A stretch of 64,000 bases of DNA from Candidatus Woesearchaeota archaeon (GTDB taxonomy: Archaea; Nanobdellota; Nanobdellia; Woesearchaeales; GW2011-AR4): NCBI GenBank assembly GCA_018303655.1, contig JAGVXT010000023.1:30394-94393 (forward strand), in the 5' to 3' direction. Shown here one piece after another: positions 43,720 through 53,041 of the stretch (positions within the stretch are counted from its first letter, which is position 1; each line of letters starts with the position of its first letter). The notes beneath the pieces are model-generated. The model saw only the letters and a program-made list of their open reading frames with translations. It searched no databases and was not told the origin of the DNA. Made by a program: the position numbers and the translations under genes.

Positions 43720-44661
43720 ATGTCAGAACAAAAATTAGCAACAAGAGACGGGTATGGCAAGGCTCTGCTGGAATTGGGAAAGATAAATCCAAATGTTGTT
43801 GCCCTTGACGCTGACTTGAGCGACAGCACAAGAAGCGAGTATTTTGCAAAGCAGTTTCCAGAAAGGTTTTTTTCAATGGGAATTGCAGAGCAGGACATGG
43901 TAGGCGCTGCAGCAGGTCTTGCTTTTTCCGGAAAGATTCCATATGCAAGCACGTTTGCTGTCTTCAGCGAAAGGGCTTATGAATTTGTAAGGAATGTTGT
44001 GTCCAGAAATAAATTGAATGTTAAAATAACTGGCTCGCATGCCGGTATTTTCACGGGCGAAGATGGCAAATCAGCGCAGGCAATCGAGGACATTGCTGCT
44101 TATCGCGCTTTGCCGAACATGGTTGTTCTGCAGCCTTGCGACTCAGTTGAGGCTGAGAAGATGGTTTTTGCATTGGCTGACTATAAAGGCCCAAGCTACA
44201 TGAGAATGCACAGAAATCCTGTGCCCATAATTCATGATTCTGATTATAGGTTTGAAATAGGCAAAGGCGAAATTTTAAAGCAAGGCAAGGATGCTGTTAT
44301 TTTTGCAACAGGTACTCTGGTGCATGAAGCTTTGAAAGCAGCTGAAATTCTGAAAAGTGAAAGAATTGACGTTTTTGTTGTTAACATCCATACAATCAAG
44401 CCTCTTGATGTTAATTTAGCTATTGACTTGGCAAAGAAAACAAACTGCGTCATTACAGCAGAAGACCACAATGTAATTGGAGGATTGGGAGGGGCGGTTG
44501 CTGAAACTTTAAGCGAGAACTATCCCTGCATCATGAAAAGAATTGGATTAAATGACAAGTATGCAGAATCCGGCAAGCCTGATGAGCTGTACAGGAAGTA
44601 TGGACTGGATGCTGATTCAATTGCAGAAGAAGCAATGAAATTTATCAATAAGAAGAGATAA
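43720..44661 (+). CDS. transketolase, C-terminal (pyrimidine-binding + C-terminal domain) subunit
   Basis: ATRDGYGKAL, FFSMGIAEQDMVG, GSHAG ... EDGKSAQAIEDIA. 313 aa. Confidence 0.9.
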   Translation: MSEQKLATRDGYGKALLELGKINPNVVALDADLSDSTRSEYFAKQFPERFFSMGIAEQDMVGAAAGLAFSGKIPYASTFAVFSERAYEFVRNVVSRNKLNVKITGSHAGIFTGEDGKSAQAIEDIAAYRALPNMVVLQPCDSVEAEKMVFALADYKGPSYMRMHRNPVPIIHDSDYRFEIGKGEILKQGKDAVIFATGTLVHEALKAAEILKSERIDVFVVNIHTIKPLDVNLAIDLAKKTNCVITAEDHNVIGGLGGAVAETLSENYPCIMKRIGLNDKYAESGKPDELYRKYGLDADSIAEEAMKFINKKR

Positions 44662-44757
44662 ACAATACAATGAACATTTATAAAATTCAACAAAACGAGA
44701 GCGACTTTTATATGTATATGGTGATAAAAGTGAACCGTTTTTGATTGCTTAAATAAA

Positions 44758-45186
44758 ATGCAAAGCTGGGTTTTTTACGGGATTGTTGCTGCAATTTGCT
44801 TTGGAATTAACACAATACTTTACAAAATTGCCTCCCAAAAGGGAAATTTTTCTCCTGCATTTGGCAGCCTTGTTTTTGGAATCGGGATTCTGATTGCTTT
44901 TCTTGTTTATTTTTTTGCAAAGCCTTCATTGCAGTTTGAGTGGAAATCAACTATACTTGCAATTGCTGCAGGAATAATCTGGGCGATAGGCTTTTTAGCC
45001 ATAGCAATTGCAATATCTCAAAAAGGTGAAGTTGCAAAGCTAGCCCCTTTGTATAATGCGAATACAATAATTGCAGTTATTCTTGGGATTGTTTTGCTCA
45101 AAGAAGTTCCTGACATGTCGCAGATGTGGAGGGTGGTTGCAGGAGCAGTAATGATTGTTGTAAGAGCTGTTTTGGTGAGTGTATAG
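44758..45186 (+). CDS. single-EamA-domain (half-size DMT) transporter, second copy
   Basis: 142 aa, ~5 hydrophobic helices, EamA-like. Confidence 0.55.
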   Translation: MQSWVFYGIVAAICFGINTILYKIASQKGNFSPAFGSLVFGIGILIAFLVYFFAKPSLQFEWKSTILAIAAGIIWAIGFLAIAIAISQKGEVAKLAPLYNANTIIAVILGIVLLKEVPDMSQMWRVVAGAVMIVVRAVLVSV

Positions 45187-45244
45187 AAGGAAAAAGTGTT
45201 GAAGAAGAAGTTAATTAAATAAAATTTATTATTGAGGTGGAATT

Positions 45245-45436
45245 ATGAAATCTACAGTAAAGGGCGGAATAAAAGAAGATATTTATAATATTGTTATGGA
45301 TAAAAAAATTGATACCTTAAGGAAAGAAATTTGGATTACAATATTCAAAGAGCGTGGAGATTTATCAGATTGTGATGTTGTTATGGCATTAGGTATTGTT
45401 CAATACGAATTAATACATCATTCTGACGAAAAATAA
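45245..45436 (+). CDS. 63-aa hypothetical protein
   Basis: Strong GAGGTGG Shine-Dalgarno 5 nt before the ATG. No family recognised. Confidence 0.45.
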   Translation: MKSTVKGGIKEDIYNIVMDKKIDTLRKEIWITIFKERGDLSDCDVVMALGIVQYELIHHSDEK

Positions 45437-45480
45437 TCCCCAAACAAACCTTTTTATACCATATTTCTAATCTTCAAATT

Positions 45481-46617
45481 ATGCCTCAACAATACAACAT
45501 TAAAGACGCAAAAAGTCATGAATCTGCTCATGACAGGAAAGTTAAGGAATTGGAGGAAGAGCTTTCAACTACAAAGTACAATAAAAAAACCCAAGGCCAT
45601 ATTGGGTTAGTAAAGGCAAAACTAGCCAAAATAAAGGAAGAATACCAAAGAAAAGCTGCTTCAAAGGGAAAGGGAGAAGGTTTTTCAGTTAAAAGAAGCG
45701 GAGATGCGACTGCAATAATTGTAGGGTTTCCAAGCGTTGGAAAATCAACATTGCTCAACGCAATAACAAATGCAAACTCTCCAGTTGGGGCATATGCATT
45801 CACAACCTTGACATGTATCCCTGGATTAATGGAATACAACCATTCAAAGATACAGGTATTGGATGTTCCAGGAATTGTTGAAGGTGCTGCAACAGGAAGG
45901 GGAAGAGGCAAAGAAGTTCTAGCGTGCGCGCAAAGCGCTGACTTGGTCATTATCCTGCTTGATGTCTTTCACCCGGAGCATCTTGAAGTTGTCAAAAGGG
46001 AAATATTTGAAACCGGATTAAGAATAAACCAAAAGCCGCCCCAAGTCAAGATTTCAAAAAAAGCAAGAGGGGGCATTGATATTGGTACAACAGTAAAACT
46101 GACAAAAATAAATAAAGAAACAATTATGGGGATTTTAAAGGAATTCAGGCTGGACAATTCCAGCATTGTGGTAAGGGAGGACATAACTGATGACCAGCTG
46201 ATTGATGTGATAGAAGGCAACAAAAAATATATCCCGTCTATAACTGTGCTGAACATGATAGACATGGTTAGTGCAAAGGAACTGGAAAGAATCAAGTCAA
46301 TCACAAAGCCTGACATCTGCATATCAGCTGAAAAGAGAATAAGCACAGAAGAGCTTAAAGGGCTGATTTTCAAGAAGCTTGATTTTATAAGGATTTTTTG
46401 CAAGGAAGTTGGCAAAAAAGCTGATGTTGATGTTCCCCTGATAATGAGAAAAGGAAACAATCTGAGAAACGTTTGCGAAAAGCTTCACAAGGATTTCATT
46501 TCAAAATTCAGGTTTGCAAGGGTCTGGGGAAAAAGCGTGAAGTTTGATTCAATGATTATAAAAAACCTTGAGCACAGGCTGGAAGACAGGGATATTGTTG
46601 AGATACATTTGAGTTAA
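45481..46617 (+). CDS. DRG/Rbg-type Obg-family GTPase with TGS domain
   Basis: G1 GFPSVGKSTLLN, G3 DVPG, and a C-terminal TGS-like VWGKSVKF...RLEDRDIVEI. Confidence 0.85.
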   Translation: MPQQYNIKDAKSHESAHDRKVKELEEELSTTKYNKKTQGHIGLVKAKLAKIKEEYQRKAASKGKGEGFSVKRSGDATAIIVGFPSVGKSTLLNAITNANSPVGAYAFTTLTCIPGLMEYNHSKIQVLDVPGIVEGAATGRGRGKEVLACAQSADLVIILLDVFHPEHLEVVKREIFETGLRINQKPPQVKISKKARGGIDIGTTVKLTKINKETIMGILKEFRLDNSSIVVREDITDDQLIDVIEGNKKYIPSITVLNMIDMVSAKELERIKSITKPDICISAEKRISTEELKGLIFKKLDFIRIFCKEVGKKADVDVPLIMRKGNNLRNVCEKLHKDFISKFRFARVWGKSVKFDSMIIKNLEHRLEDRDIVEIHLS

Positions 46618-47112
46618 ATGGTAACATTAAATGAAATTGTGAAAGGAGCAGTAAATTTCTTTAATATCGAAAAGTACGTAAAACCAGAACTAGAATTGGA
46701 CGAAAGAATGAACCAACATTATAAACCTATGTTTACAATAGTTAATCATGAGCATGAATTACCACATATTGTAAAAAATCTCTATGCAAATGCTCTTGAT
46801 GCAATTACAGAGAAATTTGGTAAATATCATAAAACTAGAGGTGTGTTACGATTAAAAACTTATATAAAAGATGATTATGATGTTCTTGAAATTTTTGATA
46901 ATGGTATAGGAATGGATGAAGAAACAAAGCGAAGATTTCATGAAGATGGATTCACAACTAAAAAAGGTAAAGACCAATTGCGGCTATGTGGAGGAGTAGG
47001 AATAGGAATGAATGGATTTTTAAGAACTCTAGGATATTATCATGGCAGATATGAGCTAGAATCTAGACTGAATGAAGGCACAACATTCAGATTGTTTTTG
47101 TTACCAAAATAA
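46618..47112 (+). CDS. orphan histidine-kinase-type ATPase (HATPase_c/GHKL) domain protein
   Basis: N box NLYANALDA, G1 DNGIGM, F box GFTTKKG, G2 GGVGIGMN, GTTFRLFL. No DHp/His-phosphotransfer segment. The ATG directly follows the drg stop. Confidence 0.65.
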   Translation: MVTLNEIVKGAVNFFNIEKYVKPELELDERMNQHYKPMFTIVNHEHELPHIVKNLYANALDAITEKFGKYHKTRGVLRLKTYIKDDYDVLEIFDNGIGMDEETKRRFHEDGFTTKKGKDQLRLCGGVGIGMNGFLRTLGYYHGRYELESRLNEGTTFRLFLLPK

Positions 47113-47393
47113 TTCCTTCTCGCAACATTTAAATACAACTTCAACTTACCAAATTGCTTCAAAAATGATAAAAAAAACTGAAAATCTAATGGCTAATGTC
47201 GGGTTTGCCTTCTACAGATTATTTTCAAGCTTCAAGTACTTCTTTTTTATTTTTAGGTATTGATTAGCTATACGTTTTCAAAAGCTAATCCCGCTGTCTA
47301 AACATGATAAAACTACAAATAATGGCAAAGAATATAAATCATGATGTGTTGCTTAGCCATGATTTCATCAAAAGCTAAATGAGGTGGGTGAAA

Positions 47394-47900
47394 ATGAATA
47401 TAACTCTGATTGGTTTCAGGGGAACAGGCAAAACTTCCATTGCAAGGCTGCTGGCTGAAAGGCTTGGCAAGAAGCTGATTTCTACAGACGACGAGATATC
47501 CAAAAAGATGAAGATGAATCCGTCAAGCTTTGCAAAAAAGCACGGCCTGGACAAGTTAAGGGAGATTGAGTCAGATGTTATAGAGTACGTAAGCGATTTT
47601 GACGAGTGTGTTTTTGACACGGGCAGCAGCATTGTGATGAGAAATGAGAATATCATCAACCTAAAAAAAAATTCGTTGATAGTAATGCTTACAGCAGATA
47701 TAAGCACGATAAAGAATAGGCTGAAAAAAAGCAGGATGCCTTCCGGGCCAATGGCTTTTTTTGACAAAATAAAAGACACTCTTTACGAGCATGAGGCAAG
47801 GTGCAAAAGGGCTGCAGACTATGCAATAGACACCTCAAGATTAAATCCTGAAGAGGCCTGCGATTTGATAACTCATTATTTGCTGATGGAAATGCAGTGA
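47394..47900 (+). CDS. AroK-type P-loop kinase (shikimate-kinase-like)
   Basis: ITLIGFRGTGKTSIARLLAERLGKKLISTDDEI, then DKLREIESDV and a DTGSS block. GAGGTGG Shine-Dalgarno before the ATG at 47394. Confidence 0.6.
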   Translation: MNITLIGFRGTGKTSIARLLAERLGKKLISTDDEISKKMKMNPSSFAKKHGLDKLREIESDVIEYVSDFDECVFDTGSSIVMRNENIINLKKNSLIVMLTADISTIKNRLKKSRMPSGPMAFFDKIKDTLYEHEARCKRAADYAIDTSRLNPEEACDLITHYLLMEMQ

Positions 47901-47958
47901 AATGCTGTTGGGGCATTATTAGGAATTATCTGGAGCATTTGCCTAAAAAAATGTTAAG

Positions 47959-49479
47959 ATGGAAATAAAGAAACTAGCGGAAAGCTTGAACCCTTCTGAG
48001 AGGAAAGTTTTCAAAGTTCTTGATAATTTCAGCTCTTTTCACGACATCATGAAAGTCACTGGATTAAAAGATGTTGAGGTCATGAGGGCGCTGCAGTGGT
48101 TGCAGAACAAGAATGTTGTAAAAATAGAGGAAAAGCAAAAAGAGCTTGTTTCGCTTGATGAAAACGGGCATAATTACTTAAAATATGGATTGCCTGAAAA
48201 GAGGTTTTTGGAGGCTGTAGAGAAATCAGAAAATATTTCAGGAATTTCTAAAAAAACAAATTTGAGCAGCGAAGAGATAGCAATATCATTAGGAACTTTA
48301 AAATCAAAAAATGCGATTGAGATAGAGAAAGGCAAGGAAATTGTTGTTTCCATCACAGAGCACGGAAAGCACCTTCTTAAGCATGGCTTTCCGGAAGAGC
48401 AGTTTTTAAAGGAGAATTTTCCAAGGGAGTTAAGCTCGTTAAATGAAGAAGAAAAGCTTGCTCTTGACAGCTTAAGAAAAAGAAAAAAAATTGTCAAAGT
48501 TGAACTGTCAAAGATAATCAGCGCAGAATTAACAGATATCGGGAAAAAGCTGCTGAAAGAGAATATTGATGATAATCTGATAGAAAAAATTACCCCATCT
48601 TTAATAAAAACAAATGCATGGAAAGGCAAAAAATTCAGAAGATTTGATGTAAAGATTAATGTCCCTTCAATTTTTGCAGGCAGAAAGCAGCATTACAGGA
48701 GATTTCTTGATGAGGTGAGGCAGAAATTTATTGCGCTTGGCTTCAAGGAGATGACAGGACCCTTGGTTGAAACTGATTTCTGGGACATGGACTCTTTGTT
48801 CATGCCGCAGTTCCATGCTGCAAGGGACATACATCAAGGATATTATATTAAAGAGCCAAAATATGCTAAGGATTTGCCAGAAAATGTTGTGAAAAATGTA
48901 AAGGCAGCGCATGAAAATGGGTTTAATACTGGCTCGAAAGGCTGGCGATATGAGTTTGATGTAAAAAGAACTCACAGGCACATGCTGAGAACTCAGGGAA
49001 CTGCATGCTCTGCAAGAATGCTTGCATCCAAAGACTTACAAATACCGGGCAAATATTTTGCAATAGCAAGGTGCTTTAGATATGACGTAACTGATGCAAC
49101 ACATTTGTCCGATTTTTTCCAAACAGAAGGCATAGTTGTTGAAGAAGGTTTAAATTTTAGGCACTTGAAAGGCTTGCTTAGAATGTTCGCTGAGGAGTTT
49201 ACAGAAACTTCTCAAATAAAAATAGTCCCGGGATATTATCCCTATACAGAACCCAGCGCTTCATTATATGCGAAACACCCACAGCTTGATTGGATAGAGC
49301 TGGGAGGCTCTGGAATTTTCAGGCCAGAAATGGTTAAGCCATTGCTTGGAAGGGAAGTTCCTGTTTTGGCATGGGGCATAGGAATCGACAGGTTGGCAAT
49401 GTTCAAGCTTGGAATCAAGGATATCAGGCAGTTATTTTCTCATGATTTGGAATTTTTAAGAAACGCTAAGGTGGTTTAA
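47959..49479 (+). CDS. pheS: phenylalanyl-tRNA synthetase alpha subunit
   Basis: N-terminal wH repeats plus the class II catalytic core (FWDMDSLFMPQFHAARD, LRTQGT, RCFRYD, GSGIFRPE, GIGIDRL). Confidence 0.9.
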   Translation: MEIKKLAESLNPSERKVFKVLDNFSSFHDIMKVTGLKDVEVMRALQWLQNKNVVKIEEKQKELVSLDENGHNYLKYGLPEKRFLEAVEKSENISGISKKTNLSSEEIAISLGTLKSKNAIEIEKGKEIVVSITEHGKHLLKHGFPEEQFLKENFPRELSSLNEEEKLALDSLRKRKKIVKVELSKIISAELTDIGKKLLKENIDDNLIEKITPSLIKTNAWKGKKFRRFDVKINVPSIFAGRKQHYRRFLDEVRQKFIALGFKEMTGPLVETDFWDMDSLFMPQFHAARDIHQGYYIKEPKYAKDLPENVVKNVKAAHENGFNTGSKGWRYEFDVKRTHRHMLRTQGTACSARMLASKDLQIPGKYFAIARCFRYDVTDATHLSDFFQTEGIVVEEGLNFRHLKGLLRMFAEEFTETSQIKIVPGYYPYTEPSASLYAKHPQLDWIELGGSGIFRPEMVKPLLGREVPVLAWGIGIDRLAMFKLGIKDIRQLFSHDLEFLRNAKVV

Positions 49480-49661
49480 TGAAAAAGCAATACACAAAAA
49501 TCTGCCCGAAATGCGGAAGCATAGATTTGCCTATTAAGACAAATTTTGTTGAAATGCTTATGCCAACTCCGGAGAAATGCAGGAAGTGCAATTACAATGG
49601 TTTATTTCCGGAAATTGAAATCAATGAAATTGAAAATTTCAGAAAAGATTTAAAAAAATAA
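49479..49661 (+). CDS. 60-aa zinc-ribbon protein
   Basis: CPKCGS ... CRKCNY four-Cys ribbon. The ATG overlaps the pheS stop (TAATG). Confidence 0.5.
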   Translation: MKKQYTKICPKCGSIDLPIKTNFVEMLMPTPEKCRKCNYNGLFPEIEINEIENFRKDLKK

Positions 49662-49662
49662 A

Positions 49663-51321
49663 ATGCCAACCATAACTTTTTCACTGAAGGATTTGCAGCA
49701 CTTGATAGGCAAGAAAATAACAATTGAAGAAATCCATGAGCTTTCTCATTACGGCAAGGGCGATTTTGAAGGCTATGATGAGGAAAGTGATGAGGTCAAG
49801 ATAGATTTTGGCGACACTAACCTGCCTTATTTGTGGAGTGTTGAGGGTTTTGCCAGATTAATCAAGGGAATTCTTGGGATGCAGAAAGGAATTCCCAAAA
49901 TAAAAATCAGCAAGGGCGATTACCAGGTTGTTGTTGACAAGTCTGTTGTCAAGTATCGCCCATTTATTTCCTGCTTTGCCGCAAAAGGAAAAAAAGTTGA
50001 TGATTATCTGATAAAGCAGCTTGTGCAATTGCAGGAAAAATTCTGCGAAACATATGGAAGAAGAAGGCAGAAAGTCTCAATTGGGCTGTATTCTTACAGC
50101 AGGCTGAAGTTTCCGGTGCACTATAAGGCAGCCGATCCATTGTCAGTAGAGTTTGTTCCTCTTGAATTCAAATCCAAGATGAATTTAAAGGATATACTTG
50201 CAGAGCATCCCAAAGGAAAAGAGTACTCATGGATTCTTGAAGGCTTTGAGAAATACCCTTTGCTTACAGATGACAAAAATGAAGTCATGAGTTTGGTTCC
50301 AATTATTAACTCAAATTTCACAGGAAAGATTGAGATTGGCGATGAAAACATGCTTTTTGAGGCCACAGGCACGGATGATGAAGCGGTGAACTTGGCAGCA
50401 GTTATATTTGCATATGCCCTGCACGAAAGGGGCTTTGAGCTGCATTCTGTTGAAGTTAGGTATCCTGACAGGAAAAAAACATCTCCTGATTTAGAGATTA
50501 AGGATGTTGCAATAAAAAATGAGCAGATAAAGTACTTGTTTGGGTTGGAACTGAAAGAAAGTGAAATTAAGCATCTGCTTGAAAAGGCACAGTTTGAATT
50601 TGAGAATCAAAAGGTAAAGGTTCCCCCTTACAGGAAAGACATTCTTCACCCTTATGATGTAATCGAGGACATCGGCATAATGTACGGATTTGACAAAATA
50701 AAAGAGTCCCAGTTGCAGACATTTACCGCAGGCTCCATATTAAGAATAAACGAGTTTATTGACAAAATAAGGGAAATTGCTGTCGGCCTCGGGTATCAGG
50801 AAGTAATGAGCCCTATCCTGACAAACAAGGATTTGCTGTACAAAAATATGAACGTTGATGACTTCGGCACAATTGAGATTGATGACTACATGTCTGAAAC
50901 ATACTCTGTTGTCAGGAGCTGGCTATTACCAAATCTTATGGAAGTTCTGTCAAGGAACAAGCATGTCTCATTTCCGCAGAAAGTATTTGAAGAAGGTCTT
51001 GTAAATACAAGAAAAGGCGATGATGTCAAAGAATGGAGCAGGATTGCAGTTGCATCTTCCCATGATAATTCAAATTATACAGAGATGAAGCAAATTCTTG
51101 ATTACATTTTGAAATGCTTTGGATTAAAATGCGACATTGAAGAAGCTGAGCATAATTCATTCATTGAAGGAAGGGTTGGAAGGGCAATTGTAAAAGGAAA
51201 AAAAGTAGCTTATTTGGGGGAGATAAATCCAGTTGTTTTAACAAACTGGGGACTGGAAATGCCTGTTGTCGCTTTGGAATTGAATCTGAGCGAGTTGTTT
51301 GAAATGGTGGAGAGGAAATGA
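49663..51321 (+). CDS. pheT: phenylalanyl-tRNA synthetase beta subunit
   Basis: Archaeal-type B3/4 and B5 domains. 552 aa, directly downstream of pheS. Confidence 0.85.
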   Translation: MPTITFSLKDLQHLIGKKITIEEIHELSHYGKGDFEGYDEESDEVKIDFGDTNLPYLWSVEGFARLIKGILGMQKGIPKIKISKGDYQVVVDKSVVKYRPFISCFAAKGKKVDDYLIKQLVQLQEKFCETYGRRRQKVSIGLYSYSRLKFPVHYKAADPLSVEFVPLEFKSKMNLKDILAEHPKGKEYSWILEGFEKYPLLTDDKNEVMSLVPIINSNFTGKIEIGDENMLFEATGTDDEAVNLAAVIFAYALHERGFELHSVEVRYPDRKKTSPDLEIKDVAIKNEQIKYLFGLELKESEIKHLLEKAQFEFENQKVKVPPYRKDILHPYDVIEDIGIMYGFDKIKESQLQTFTAGSILRINEFIDKIREIAVGLGYQEVMSPILTNKDLLYKNMNVDDFGTIEIDDYMSETYSVVRSWLLPNLMEVLSRNKHVSFPQKVFEEGLVNTRKGDDVKEWSRIAVASSHDNSNYTEMKQILDYILKCFGLKCDIEEAEHNSFIEGRVGRAIVKGKKVAYLGEINPVVLTNWGLEMPVVALELNLSELFEMVERK

Positions 51322-51515
51322 TTAAGGTACTTTTCCCTAGACTGTTGGATAATTTATCTGAACCAAAGAAAAGAATCATGCTTACTTATCCATTTGTCAA
51401 TATATTTATGGATGGAGATTTAGAACCAGATATTTTTCTAGATAACCTAAACTCATTTGAACAAGACTTTATGAAGAAAGGATTATCCAAACAAGACATA
51501 GATGTACCTCATTAA
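51318..51515 (+). CDS. 65-aa acidic hypothetical protein
   Basis: ATGA overlap with the pheT stop and a GGTGGAGAGG Shine-Dalgarno upstream. No family recognised. Confidence 0.4.
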   Translation: MIKVLFPRLLDNLSEPKKRIMLTYPFVNIFMDGDLEPDIFLDNLNSFEQDFMKKGLSKQDIDVPH

Positions 51516-51620
51516 TTATTTGCCAGAGATGTCGTGATGCCATTGTTGCATTTTGGGAAGGAATCCAAGAAAAAATGAGAAAAAAGTTTTTTAAAAGAAT
51601 TAGAATAATAAAATAAAAGG

Positions 51621-52106
51621 TCACTCCTTTTTCTTAGGAGTTATTTTTTTCTCTTTCGGCTTTGCTGCTTTCTTTTCTGTTTTTTCTTCTTTTTTGTCTT
51701 CATCCAATCCGGCTTTTTGCTCCAAAGTCGCTTCTTTTGGTTCTATTTTTTCTTCCTTTTTCTTTGGCTTGAATATGTTCCTTAATTTTCTTTTTTCTTC
51801 CTTTCGAACTCGAAGCTGCTCTGGTGTTTTTCTTTTCTTCAATGGTTTTGCAGTTTTTTGCTTTGGCTTTGTATGCAACGCTTTTATTCCCAACTCATCC
51901 AAAGCTTTTGAAACTTCATCGTGAGAAGCGTTCTTTTTAATCTCAATTTTTTGGTTTAAAGGCTCTACATGAAGAATATTTACCTTTCTTCTTCTTGTTT
52001 CGCCATCAATCAAGACATATTTGTCATCAAGAATATCTATTATTATACATTTTTTGCCGGCGTCCCTGCCCGCAATCTTAACGCACAATCTTCCTATTTC
52101 AATCAT
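51621..52106 (-). CDS. rpl14e: ribosomal protein eL14 with ~70-aa Lys-rich C-terminal extension
   Basis: MIEIGRLCVKIAGRDAGKKCIIIDILDDKYVLIDG KOW core, then a KPKQKTAKPLKKRK...KKKE tail. Confidence 0.85.
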   Translation of the reverse strand: MIEIGRLCVKIAGRDAGKKCIIIDILDDKYVLIDGETRRRKVNILHVEPLNQKIEIKKNASHDEVSKALDELGIKALHTKPKQKTAKPLKKRKTPEQLRVRKEEKRKLRNIFKPKKKEEKIEPKEATLEQKAGLDEDKKEEKTEKKAAKPKEKKITPKKKE

Positions 52107-52203
52107 TTTGTTCCTCCGATCACTTCAGATTAAACGGTGTCGCCATCCGCTCAAGTGATTTCATTGTTGTTTTAATTTTTATTATGATAATTTTAAAATG
52201 AAT

Positions 52204-52470
52204 CTATTGCCTTGTTTTGTCTATTATTGCCTGCCGCATGCACCTGCTGCACAATACCCCTCCATAAGGCCTCTCCGGCCTTTTCTTTGTCTTTGCCATG
52301 CTTCTCATCCTGAATGGAAAGGCTCTTGGCACTCCTTTCAATGAAGCTCCGCAGTTGCCGCACTTTGCAGTTTTTGGCCTTTTTTTCTTATGGTGCAGAC
52401 TGACTCTTCCGCCAGGAACTTTCCTGAATACTTTCCTTAAGCTTCTTGACCTTAATCTTGGTGCTGGCAT
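52204..52470 (-). CDS. rpl34e: ribosomal protein eL34
   Basis: RSRSLRKVFRKVPGGRVSLHHKKKRPKTAKCGNCGASLKGV ... CSRC zinc-ribbon pattern. Start set at the ATG at 52470. Confidence 0.85.
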   Translation of the reverse strand: MPAPRLRSRSLRKVFRKVPGGRVSLHHKKKRPKTAKCGNCGASLKGVPRAFPFRMRSMAKTKKRPERPYGGVLCSRCMRQAIIDKTRQ

Positions 52471-52537
52471 ACCTGCTTGGAATATATATTTATTTAAAAA
52501 GGTTAGCATAATGTTTAAATATTAATGCCTCAAACTA

Positions 52538-53041
52538 ATGAATAGCAGAATGCAAGGCATTTTCAGCTCAAAAAAAGGGGTATCGCCATTGATAGCTACA
52601 GTTCTTTTGATAGCATTTGCAGTGGCGCTTGGCTCTGTTGTCATGAACTGGGGCTTGAACCTTAACATAGGCAAATCTGCAGATATGTGCAGGAATGTTG
52701 AAATCAAGTTGAGGAATATAGATATGAGCGAAGTGTGCTTTGGAGGCTTTGGACCGAGAGGCTACGTCAATTTTATAATAGACAACACAGGCACGATTGA
52801 CATAAATGGATTGGCTGTGTGGATTGTGGGTGAAAAAGGCACGATGCTTTTTGACCTGGACAATATCTTGATAGGAAAAGGTTCTTTATACGACAAAAAG
52901 GACAAGGAAGTCATATATGATTTCTCGGCATTTGGAAACATAAAGCAAGTGCAATTCATACCAAAAGTCAGATCAGGTCAGTCAACAGAAATCTGCCCGA
53001 AGAATGCCATCAAGGCTGACAAGATTGGGGCTTGCTCTTAA
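52538..53041 (+). CDS. archaeal type IV pilin-like protein (class III signal peptide)
   Basis: KKGVSPLIATVLLIAFAVALGSVVMNW is the canonical archaeal pilin N-terminal motif. Alternative ATG at 52550. Confidence 0.75.
   Translation: MNSRMQGIFSSKKGVSPLIATVLLIAFAVALGSVVMNWGLNLNIGKSADMCRNVEIKLRNIDMSEVCFGGFGPRGYVNFIIDNTGTIDINGLAVWIVGEKGTMLFDLDNILIGKGSLYDKKDKEVIYDFSAFGNIKQVQFIPKVRSGQSTEICPKNAIKADKIGACS

Noticed and set aside
43505-43952. Four overlapping track ORFs in the transketolase spacer (43505-43705 +, 43584-43808 +, 43547-43948 -, 43710-43952 -)
   Set aside because: All lie within or across the hairpin array, overlap one another and the tkt C-terminal subunit start, and have no start context or recognisable motifs.
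52107-52203. eL34-eL14 spacer read as a C/D-box sRNA on the minus strand
   Set aside because: It has AUGAAAU and CUGA pieces and a 7-bp flanking inverted repeat, but no proper RUGAUGA box, no C-prime/D-prime pair and no sensible guide spacing. It is mentioned only as an unexplained structure.
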